A stretch of 59,867 bases of DNA, counting the filler, from Catajapyx aquilonaris (Eukaryota): the NCBI GenBank assembly GCA_000934665.2. It is 2 parts of 2 records of this genome, joined end to end, with 100 filler letters (N's around TTAATTAATTAA, not from the genome) between each part and the next. Parts side by side here need not be neighbours in the genome. Positions count along the whole stretch, not along the records: positions 29,976 to 59,867 come from JYFJ02004721.1; 1 more part is not named here. One strand, 5' to 3'. This document shows positions 49,352 to 59,867 of this stretch, in pieces. Numbering within the stretch: the first letter of the stretch is position 1; every line of letters starts with the position of its first letter. The position numbers were made by a program, and so were the translations under genes. The notes under the pieces are model-generated. The model made no database searches and was not told the DNA's origin. It saw nothing but the letters and a program-made list of their open reading frames with translations.

Positions 49352-49544
49352 CAGGGTGTTCCAGATTCGTGGGTCACTTTTTGATAACTGATATCGCCCA
49401 ATAGCAGTTATTTTTTGTAGTGGGTCGAATATAGCAGGTGCTATAGAATGGGTCACATGGTTAGGGACACAACAAGCTACAAAAATAACTGCTATTGGGC
49501 GATATCAGTTATCAAAAAGTGACCCACGAATCTGGAACACCATG
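49352..49544. mobile_element. Tc1/mariner-type MITE (CAGGGTG termini, TA TSD)
   Basis: TA|CAGGGTGTTCCAGATTCGTGGGTCACTTTTTGATAACTG... pairs for ~68 bp with ...GAATCTGGAACACCATG|TA. Confidence 0.92.
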
Positions 49545-52500
49545 TATACTCGTAGGCTACTTACGCACGACTGAAAATGCCCACCATGTAGAATTATTTA
49601 GAAGTTCCGTCATGCAGGATGCAGTTAAACTGCGCGAGGGATTTTAAAACCACTTCTGTACTCCGGTCCGGTGTACACCTGCAATGGTACTCCCAGGTAC
49701 TCCCAGGTACTCCTTTACCTTACTCTTCGGTACTGCTTGAATTTGAATTTTTTCCAGTGTACACTTTACAGTCGAGTGGCTAACCCCTTGAAACTGCGTG
49801 TCTTATGCCCACTTACGGGATTGATATTACACACACCTTGTTAATCCTAGTTATTAATTGCTTCATAATCGTTGCAAACATTAATGAGGATTAGCAGGTG
49901 GGTTTAAAATTGACTGTCACTCACATAGCCGGCCTATACTGAAGATTACTTTAGTGATCAATATTGTTCATACAACAATAATAATCGTCGTCTTTTACGG
50001 CTTGCTTTGGCCACAATGATTCCATCAACAGAATATGCGCTGGATTGGAAAAATCCGATGCTTCTGATACTATAACTTTCAGTTCAATTATTTGGTGATT
50101 CCAAAAAGTGAAATTGGTCTGTAAGTGTGCACTACGGTAGTATATTTTCTTTCTACTGCATTATTATTCTTGTTTCTAATACAGTATTACATTATGAGCT
50201 TTCTATGCCAATATTTTGGAGGAGAAAAAACCCTGCTCTACCCTTGTCGCGTCGTTCTAAATTTCAGAAATCCTACTGTAATTTACCAAAATGTTGAAAT
50301 ATGGCAGTCGCAGTCCTATCAATGTCTCGTCACCAAAGTGTGGCATTTTGTAACCCAATCCAAAGATACGAGCTGGCACCAACGAGAATTCCACCCACGC
50401 GGATAGGAGTGTTGTCATATGGTGGTAAAGCACAGATAAAGCAAGTGAGCGACCAAAATGAGCACAGTTCGTGGCGGGACACCCCCTCCTTCTCCAGGAA
50501 TCATTCCTGCACTACTCCTGCACTAACTGCGCGAGAGGATGTGCGCACCATTGAAGAAGGTGACCAACTACAAGCTAGAGAGTCCGTGACATTTTAACCA
50601 AATTATGAAACACAGAGCAGAAAGCTAGAGCTGAAAATAAGCTAGCAGTGTTGCTATTGTCATCGGATGCGTATACTGTATGTATAACAAGTTTACCAAT
50701 AAGAAATTGGACTCCTTTCAGCGTTCTTGTTTACTTGAGCGCCTCCTGTGGACGGTTCCGAAACTTTTTTAAAAAGTGAATCGACAATGCCACTAACCGT
50801 CACCGTTATGTAACTGTAGAATGTTCCGAAACAAATATATCGGGAAAGCAGAATTCTTCCCAGTTTTGTGTCAGTGACACGGAAATGATGATAAAAACAC
50901 TTTGCCTAGTTACGGAACAGGGACACACGTTTCCATCTGATTTGTAAACTAAAGTAATCGATACCACTCGAATCAATTTTGGTTCAGTTGGTTTTGTGTT
51001 GCATGCCATGTTCATATCCTGCATTAGGCTGGAGTTTTGTTTGCATAATGTTCTGGCTCCTTTGGGCATTAGTGTGTTTTTTCACCTGTTGGAGTATTAG
51101 CCAGCGTTTGTGGGCCTGATTCATTGCTGACTACCACATTTAGACTGAAAGTATTGCTAATTAGTTATGGGACTCTTGGAAAGTGTGCTGCATAATATGT
51201 TAAATGGATATAAGGGACCATCGCAGAAAACCAATAATAAATTTTACAAATGCAGGAGTGAAGGAAGGACAGACTGTATTATTTCTACAGACAATAGTAT
51301 ATAGCCAATAAGGCATATGGAATGAATAAAAAATGTGAATAACTACAAGCATTCCAAGCAGAATTATGAGCTAAGGGCGGAAATAACACATCAGAAATGG
51401 GCTGTTTTGTGGAAAATGACTGGCCCAACAACACGATATTAGAGATCGGGAATAAAAGTTTGATAAAAGTTGTAAGGTCCTTTGATGGTTGACAATATAC
51501 AGATCAAACAACCTGCACAATACATGGTGCAGATCGGCCTATCCTATTTCAGATATGCGACGACTTTCATTCTTGTCCACCATATCCTAAGTAAGGACAT
51601 CGCTGACAGTCCATAAAATCCCAGTATGGTCAGAATGCCACTGTGACATTATCCTTTCCGGCTCTCATTGAATTTATAACATCAGTCTTTCTCCTGAGAA
51701 AGTTTTTTGGATAGTCAAATGCCACTATTGCAGGGGAGGGGCTGTGGTTTTGGTCCTCGGTCCAAAGTGTAGGTTGGACTTTTAGCTAACATAAGGACTG
51801 TTATTCTTGAAATGTTGGTGTGTCAAGGTAGCCTATTTACGTATATTATTCTCCAGATAGGCATACGTGTTGCTGCAAAATGTGGTAACTAACATGCGTA
51901 AAGACAGGCCAGCACAAACCACATGGAGGAAATGAATAATTATGCATTAACTCCTTCTTAGGTCAGTTCGGCATTTCTGACAAAACATAAATTTGCATGA
52001 TATAGTTCACACCTGTGGCGAAATATCAGGTCTATCGACATCACGTAATACCCCAGGCATATTAGATTTTTACCCTAAACAAAATAATGTAAAGCTGAAA
52101 ATTTGCACACACATTCTATGGTATGTGGTGAACAACAATCAAAAGTCCCCTAATCTCCCGCGTGCGCGTCACCGTTTTTTCGGGGGGGGGGGGGNGGGAG
52201 GAAGGCCGCCATTTTGGATATTCCTTTCATTGTCTCTAGCGGGTGAACGGTTTGTGGTAGAGACATCGTTGTTTTGGTTGACAGCAGCCGTACGAGATGT
52301 TTTATCTTTTTCTGATAGTTTGTATTCACACCAGTAAAAGCCACAGGCATCAACGAATAGCACCATTAAACTTTAAAAACATTAGTGAAGCAGCTAAGTT
52401 TATGCCCGACGCACAGGTCAGTCCCTTGTCCAGTTACTCCCTGTTGAAGCTGACCCTAAATTGAGTGGCTGATAATAAGAAGCCTCAGCACTATCGAATC

Positions 52501-53559
52501 CGGAATGAAGTGTTTACGAGTGAGTCTGGCGCGCGTAAAGAAGCAGAGGGAATGGCAATAATAGTGAGGTCTGTAGTGCGAGTCTGAGCCCTTGATGAAG
52601 CGGATTGGGGGTGTCCCTGACGAGAGAAGCCGCCGTTTCCCCACTTTCATTACTCATTGGAACTACTCTGCAAGGCCTTTATACTCCCAAGTCTCGCCCT
52701 AATGAATGTGGAAGGGACTCCTACCCACACCTCCCATGCTACGTACACACTTCGCGTTTTCAGATAAAACCACAGCTCTTTCAATTTCTTTCCCCTCCTT
52801 CATAACTCCCCTCGGAACAAATGGAAAGAAAAGGAAAAAAATACACCCAGAAGAAAGACGAACAGAAAAGCTCCCCGTATCTTCCCCTCCAATCCCCCAC
52901 CATTCATTGTGTACAGTTCCACTAGTTGTTGTGGCAAATGGCCGTTAGTAAGGTGTAGGGTGGTGATCCGGTTATACGGACTGAAAGCTTCACGTACACA
53001 AAAATAAATCTCTTTCCGAGGTAATCCTAATCTGACTTAAAAATGGTGGTAGTGTATGATATGGACCAGGTTCTAATCCCATTGGAACACCACCTTCAAA
53101 GAGACAGAAGGTGATGGTCATTGGTAAAATCCCAAGCCTGGGAAGCCGTTTTCCGCATGACACGTGGGAAACAAAACCGCACGCAACACCTGCCTGTCAT
53201 GCACCATTAGCCTACGCTCAATAAGGCGGGGATAATAAATGTACGCCTGTGGATTTTACACGCACTCGCCAAACTTGTCCGGTACGCCCACCTTTTTTTT
53301 GCAATGGGAAAGTTTTGTGAAATCAGCATGAGAGAAAAATACGTATTTTCGTGCAGATTATTACGATGATTTATGCTGTTATGTCTGTAAGTCGGTGCAA
53401 AGTATTGCATCTAATTACTTTTTGCCTGTTGGGTTTGATTTATAAGATAATGTCATCACAACATTATTATTACGTACCGGTAACACGCATATGCGGGCTT
53501 CACAATAGTTCATGAGTGCATCGACAGATAAAGTCTTGTCAATATGTGCGGTATATCAC

Positions 53560-53900
53560 ACACATCACGACCAGCCCATCATCAACTTCCAATTTCAATA
53601 ACAAAGCACTTGAACTTTTGAAGTTTAAAATAAATTTCCACCATAACAGTCTTTCCCCACTGAATACAGTATAAAACAATATTCTTTGGACACCGCCGCG
53701 CCGTGGCAAACAGTCCCTGACATACAGTCAACCCCGTCAAATTACAGTCCAAGCCATGAAGTCTCAAAAACTCTTTCTCACATTTTCCTATTCAGCACAA
53801 CGGCCCACATTGGCCTCGGTTAGATGGCACTGCAACTTGGGTCCTTCACAACCTCTTCGGTCAGGTATCCAATACAGCATAAAAAAAACAGGAGGACACT
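53560..53900 (+). pseudogene. Possible second decayed REL-type non-LTR C-terminal remnant
   Basis: KTLSHIFL and R.RWHCN/VLHNL resemble ETLxHIL...RYxWRHNxVL. Very degenerate. Confidence 0.25.
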
Positions 53901-55873
53901 AAATCTGTATAACAACTGTCGCCATCTGAGTGCATGTCGTCTAGTCAGCTGTAAAGAGTCGAGGGAGAAACGCAGCGTGAATTTCAAAAGCAAATGGTCA
54001 GTAAGCCAATCGAGGGTATTGATCGTCATTGGTTGGATTGAGGGGAAATGCCCCTATTAGCAATGGCAAAGGGGGCTCTTTCGTGGGGCAGGCGTTTGCA
54101 GAGTTAGCAAAGGCGGGTCGTGGTGGTAACCTAGTTGGGAATAGGGAAGTATAATGTAGATGGGGGATTCTGCTCTGACTGGTGGATAGGATGTGGGCTG
54201 CAGTGCCCAGTCGACCCCTTTTGAATTCGTTGATGTCGTTCTCTTAACAGATAATGAAATACATAGGTTAAGTTTATTGTGAAAATAGTAGCCCATTCCA
54301 TGCAAAATTGGTCCGGTCATTTATTAGTGGATCAGTTTGGCAGGTCTGTGTATATAGAGCAGGTTGTAGCTACACTCTTGTACCGCAAACTTCAAAGCTT
54401 TCACGCGTTATTGTGTGAAAGCCTGGACGCAGAACATCACACATACGCTGTGCATACTGATCCTGACATTGACGGTGGTTGTGAAAATTTATGATAAATT
54501 TTTTGTTGCAATACACCGTCATAGACATCCATGAAACATTCAAGTACTGACTAAAGCATTGAAGGAAGAAACAGAAATGAACTGATCAAATTCAGTTATT
54601 TGTCACAAATTATGCTCATTTAATAATACCCATTGCTAATATTACACTACCATTTTACAGCTACCTGCAGAACTGTAGACGTTTAGAGGTTCTCTCCACA
54701 ATTGAGCTCCGACACTACTCTTTAAATTTAAACGGTCTAAACTTCCAGAATCAAAACAGTGTGTAACTCGACCAACTTTGAACAGGCACGAAGACAGGTA
54801 AACTAGGTCACGCACACGTCATAGATAAAAGTTCCGGTTACTCTCTGCACATGAAACCGGGGCAACTTTACACCTTGACAGGTGACACGCTGGGAACGTT
54901 TGGAGTGACAACTAGGATTCCTCTCTCAGTTTTTGATCAGCATACAACTTGACTAGGGTGATGGCGGTGGCAGCGGTGGCGGTGGTGGTAGTGCTGGTTG
55001 GGACTAGGGGGGGGGGGTGAGGGCAAGAGGGGTGGGGAGGTTTAAAAAACCGCTGCCAGGATTTTGCCAAAGCGCCAAGCTTGTTACAACAAAACAGCCA
55101 ATTGATTCGGCTTTTGCAGGGCTCGCTAAACTTTAGCGCCTACGAGGAATTTGCATTCACGCGAGGTGTGTTGAAAGCGGTATCCTGAGAGGTATATGAG
55201 CCATGCTTCTGTAATGTTGCATTGAAATTGGCGGTTACACTGATTTATAGTTTTGGGTAGTCGGGATAGTGGGGTGCAGAGAGGTAACTATACGCATAGA
55301 TCGGACTGCAGGTGAAATATGTATGATAGACTATTAATCAGAGGACCAAGACCAAATGAAATGATTTTAAAGAGTCGATTCAATCCACTGCTCAAGAGAA
55401 GTTCAAAAAGTCACATGAATCAACGTCAGTTTTATATCGCGTTCATGGTGTGGGCTGGAACTATTTGGTGTTGTCATTGGTTAATTGAGCTAGTAATGTT
55501 TTAACTTTTACCATAAAATTAATGGCGGTTTACATAAATGACACATACAGCTGCTAACACGGTATATGGCCATTTGACGCAACTATTAAAATACGAGCTC
55601 GCAGTACTTTGGCTGGGATTAACTGAAACTAACTAGCGATACCTGACTGGCAAAACCAGGTATGTGATAAAATTGAAAATGTGCGGCCCACAAAAAAAAT
55701 TAAAAACTCATTATTACCAGTCGCGTTAGATGGTCTGATTTTTACATGACTGACAATGTCATATTATGGCAACAATGTTGATGACTATATTCTTTTTTCC
55801 TTGTTCTTGCAGACCACCCAACTTGACATATTGTGACACCATGTGGCAACTCCGCCACGTGGTGGCCGGCTAA

Positions 55874-56000
55874 GGGCCGGTTTCATCAAGCGCGGTTTTC
55901 ATAAAAACCCCGGTTCTTTCGGAAAATCCCTATTCTATTTGCAGGGATTTTCCGAAAGAACCGGGGTTTTTATGAAAACCGGGCTTGGTGAAACCGGCCC
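55874..56000. mobile_element. PIF/Harbinger (Tourist-like) MITE, 127 bp, TAA TSD
   Basis: TAA|GGGCCGGTTTCA...TGAAACCGGCCC|TAA. 58-bp arms with 2 mismatches and an 11-nt loop. Confidence 0.95.
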
Positions 56001-57330
56001 TAAGTCCCCCCAAAAAACGGGTCGTAAAATGAGCAAAAACTGCTGATTACTTAACTTTCACTGGTACAATCTTGAAGCTTTTTGCGTCCATATATTGCCA
56101 CGGCTCAGCTACATACGCAAATGTGCAATAATTAATAAACCTATACCCAATGACATGAAAATACATTATTGCTGGACGTATTTGTGTTACACCCCCCAAA
56201 AAATGGACTTAGCCGCTTTTGATCTGAGACCCCCTCATATAAATGCTAGAAAATTTCTGGTATTAAAAGAAATTAGCTTATGTAAATACATGTGGTCTGC
56301 ATATATTAAGTACGGGTGTTACAAAACAATTCCAAATATTCTTCGACACAAGTTGCTCTCGTGCCTTACTACTCATTGCAGATTTTATTGAGGAGGATGA
56401 ATTAATTTGTCGGTTTTTGTGAGTTCTTTGACGGGTAATGTACCGTTTGAAGAGATTTACTGGTCGCCTCTCGAAGAGCCTGTATCCCGAAAATGATTTA
56501 TGGCGCCTCGTACACACATCCTGCCATTACTTGGAAAAATTGATGCTCCGAAGATTCAGTTGACGGCAGAAAGCTGTAAAAATTTCATCCCGCCAAAAAA
56601 GTACGTCTGGCGCAAGTTTAAAGTTGAGGGGTCGATGCTATAAAATAAAGCTGATAGGTTGATGGACGCAATCTGACAAAATGACAAGCCGCGGTGTACT
56701 TCCCATCTATTTGGAACCTTTGTTTTTGACCTGCCCTAATCGAAAAAAAAATATGAACCTATACTGATGAACCCATGAAATACCAAAGTAACCTCATTTT
56801 TATCCCACTACACAATTTCCAATGAAATTGCTTGTTTGGAATCCCTTTTAAAAATTAGCACATGAATGTTAACAAAGCCTAAAAAATCGGTCCGCTCCAT
56901 AAATAAGGCAAACTCATAATCAAAGTCGCTTGACAGTTTCACGATTACACTTTCAGCTCAATTTCACACTACCTTTAATTAAAAATTCATAAGGCAGAAA
57001 CACCTTTGATGTTACACCAGTTATTAGGCACGGCATTTAGATTAGCCCAATCGCTAAGTATGCCGTTGTGCTGGGACTTGGAACAAAAAAAAAAGTCCGC
57101 ATTGTTTCCTGCGTGATATGCGCAAGACTTTTCCGTCTTTTCCTGCGTCACGTATCGGAGGCAACAGTGCGGAATGAATGGGATACGACACAATGGTAGA
57201 TGGAATGGGGAGAAAGTTTAATAATTGTGATGTGTTGGATGGAAGATGGCTGCATGAGTCCGGACTCTTCATGAAGAGAGTATCGATCAAGGTGAGGTCT
57301 TGCATTATAGGATCAGATTCGGTCAGGTTC

Positions 57331-57381
<51 letters not shown>
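57331..57381 (+). repeat. (AAT)17 microsatellite
   Basis: Directly visible. Confidence 0.98.
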
Positions 57382-57382
<1 letters not shown>

Positions 57383-57699
57383 TTCAATTACTAACATTCT
57401 AAGCCTTTTTTTATAATAGACAGCAAAGTATATAGTGAAAGTGTGATGCGAGAATATTGAATATTGGCAAAATATGATATACGGTATGTCAGATTATGAT
57501 GGGTTGCTTTATTGGAGTCCATACCAAAATACGAATAACCATCATTGCAAGTTATCATAGGGTGCATTAGAAATGATGTGGCCCCTTCAAGGCATTGTCT
57601 AGCACTGAATAGTAGGGAAAAAAAGAAAAACGATATGTGCTACATATCAAATCAGTCATAAAAACATATCTGAATTAGGAACAGTGGCCTATTCAACTT

Positions 57700-58890
57700 T
57701 TCAAAAGCGTTTCATATTGTGAAGTCAAAAGTGTCACCCGTTTGAGTAACATGCTTTACATTCATGGGTTCAAATGTTTGAGCGGATATTCGCATTAATT
57801 GCACAAAGGGGTCATCAACGTCATGATTACCTGCTGCGAGTATTATGAAGCCTATGCACCAAATTATAGTAGTAGCAAGTATAGTGTTATCTACCGCAAC
57901 AACGCTTGAGAAGAAAGGCAAACTTTTTGCAAAGCGTATCCTTTCATGCATTTTAAAAATACAAAGTAGTTTGGTAACCACTCTTTACACAGTAATGCCA
58001 TTTTCATTTTGAGAGTCCAAGAATTGCCCGTATATGATTCTGCAGCATATGAGAATACCTAAAAGGAGGCGCTGTCTCTCGCCCCCCTCCTTTTTTGATG
58101 ATGGTATTGCACCGCAGAGATGGATATTCGATTAGAGAATGGGCATATTTAGGAAATGCATCATGAGGCGTTAGTCCAAAGCGTACCTGTGTAAAAAAGT
58201 ACTAATGTTCATGCCCACTTAGTACGTAAGTAGTAGCAATAATGGATTGGTCTTCTTGCAAACTTGTGTGTAACTCAAATTAATTTAGTTTCATGAAAAT
58301 TGTGCCCAGTTTCAGCTCTGTATGCTTTTACCGAGAACAAAGTAGAACAATGCATTAATGATTCAAACCTTGCAATCGGCCATGGGTAATGCACCAAGAA
58401 ATGCATTTTGGGGGCCATGCGCTCTTCTGGAAAAGCGTCATGAAACTGATATAAAATTCAGTGATTTTCGCAGTAAAATGTGCCAGCATTGTCTCAGTCC
58501 ATATTGGAGCAAATGAATGCTCAATAATGTTTAGCAATGTCAACAACAACTGCCGTGATGAATTGCTGCTTGGCACTATGTGCCCCATCATTAGAGGTAG
58601 CTGCCTCAAAAGGCACCACATTCCACTCTCTGCCTCAGCATGCTGGGCATGGCTTGTTTTGAAATTGTAGTAGTCCTATTGCATTTTTCCGGAGTCGAGT
58701 ACTCAATGATTAGTTTATTCAAGTTGCACAGGTTGCCATAAATAATAGTTTCTTCATCACAAATGGAAGAGTGTAGGGCGCGACACCATCTAATGAGTCA
58801 TGGAATATGTCCACAGATAGTAACTCAGGCACATTAATCTCAGAAAAAAGCCACTTCAAAGCACTCTTACCCTTCTACTCCCTGAATAGT
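57700..58890 (-). pseudogene. Decayed CMC/EnSpm-type (animal CACTA-group) transposase fragment
   Basis: Collinear minus-strand motifs: VDIFHDSLDGVAPY (~58783-58811; cf. DxMHDLLEGV), LNKLI, LRQ..MWCLLRQLPLMMGHIVP (ORF 58355-58621), IIEHSFAP, and after a frameshift PKMHFLVHYP (58383-58412). The extension to 57700 is weaker. Confidence 0.75.
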
Positions 58891-58990
58891 GATTAGCAAT
58901 ATCATTCTAATTATTACAAAAGTCCTTCAAGATAGCTCTGCATCCATATACTAATAATTTGCTGTCTGATTGTTTGTCCTGGGTGAGTTA

Positions 58991-59167
58991 TCACCTCAAC
59001 TCCTCAGCCACCACCAACCTGCCCACGTAGTACGTACAACTACCCATCCACGCCCCTGACAGTGGCAGGAGTGTTGTGTGAGAGAGAGAGATCCGCCATC
59101 TATACGAGCTTGCGAGGGGTTATGATACAACGTGGACAGGTTGGTGGTGGTGGCTGAGTTGAGGTGA
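58991..59167. mobile_element. MITE-like inverted-repeat element
   Basis: TCACCTCAACTC(CTC)AGCCACCACCAACCTGCCCACGT pairs with ACGTGGACAGGTTGGTGGTGGTGGCTGAGTTGAGGTGA. No clear TSD. Confidence 0.7.
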
Positions 59168-59324
59168 AGCTCTGGTGAAGCTTCTGAATATTTAACGCCA
59201 TATTCTGAAATTTGGTTCGTAACTGTGAATCACATTCAAGTGATTCACAAGTATACTTCACGTAAATAAGCTTCATATTTCTGACAAAGTGGGCGAGTCA
59301 TGACCTCATAAGTGTCCATTTTAA

Positions 59325-59665
59325 GTGGGCGCATTAGTTAAAAAATACGGTAACAATCGGTAACAATGCGAGTCCCTGGCGACCACGTAAACAAACTCGC
59401 GTATGCATGGACATATGGACATATCGCGCATATGGGGATTCGACATGCCCACGCTTCTGAGGCCGTACGGCCATAAATATGGTGTAATGGACACAAAAAT
59501 TACACCAAAAAATAGGACATGATCTGGCGCAGGGCACCTTCGTCGTCATTTTACCATTTTCGGCCTAGAAGTGACCTTTTCATCGAGTTGAAGTGAAAGG
59601 AAAATGGCGTTCCCGAGAAGCCCATTGGAATAACATGGCGGCAGGAACGCGACAAAGTCGGGAAC
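59325..59665. mobile_element. Second, right-truncated copy of the TTAA-flanked Kolobok-like element
   Basis: TTAA|GTGGGCGCATTAG... is closely similar to 15802-16130. Similarity stops abruptly after GTCGGGAAC (59665). Confidence 0.9.
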
Positions 59666-59867
59666 AGCCCACGGACACTTATACTACGTTCTGGCGTTAT
59701 CACCTGCCGAGGCATTTTGCAGCGGGTGCTCACCTGAGACCGCCATGAGACATTTCGGAGGCCAGGATAAGTGGCGACCCTACCGGACTAAGGCTGAACT
59801 TTATAGGTACCGGTACGAAAGGGGAGAGCTGGGAGGGCTACATGCTGGCCCAACATGGCCGCCGGCG

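Noticed and set aside
59224..59249. 10-bp hairpin TGTGAATCAC/GTGATTCACA as a terminator or operator; similarly 46538-46574
   Set aside because: Eukaryotic context, no associated gene, and short hairpins are expected in MITE-rich DNA.
1..59867. ORF track entries as genuine host genes
   Set aside because: All are 181 aa or shorter, many use non-ATG starts, and they overlap on both strands or fall inside repeats. None resembles a cellular protein I recognise. Small spliced exons cannot be excluded without transcript data.

Overview
AT-rich, eukaryotic (animal-like) non-coding DNA with no intact protein-coding gene, RNA gene, operon or CRISPR array that I can support. The window is two ~29.9 kb pieces joined by an apparently artificial 100-bp spacer (44 N + TTAATTAATTAA + 44 N, 29876-29975), so adjacency across it has no biological meaning. 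Both halves share repeat families and probably come from one genome. The content is mostly transposon-derived. (i) Many short non-autonomous inverted-repeat elements (MITEs) have readable termini and target-site duplications (TSDs): TA-flanked Tc1/mariner-type, TAA-flanked PIF/Harbinger-type, TTAA-flanked Kolobok-like (two copies) and 8-bp-TSD P-like. (ii) There is a tRNA-derived SINE and a microsatellite + ~150-bp tandem-array element with one inverted monomer. (iii) There are decayed coding remnants: a clear Helitron PIF1-like helicase C-terminus, a CMC/EnSpm-type transposase, a hAT transposase, and weaker by-eye matches to BEL/Pao, Gypsy, Copia, DIRS, Hero-like and Academ-like elements. I found no convincing new biological system; the best leads are structural oddities of the non-autonomous elements. 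All protein-family calls are motif recognition by eye, not database searches.
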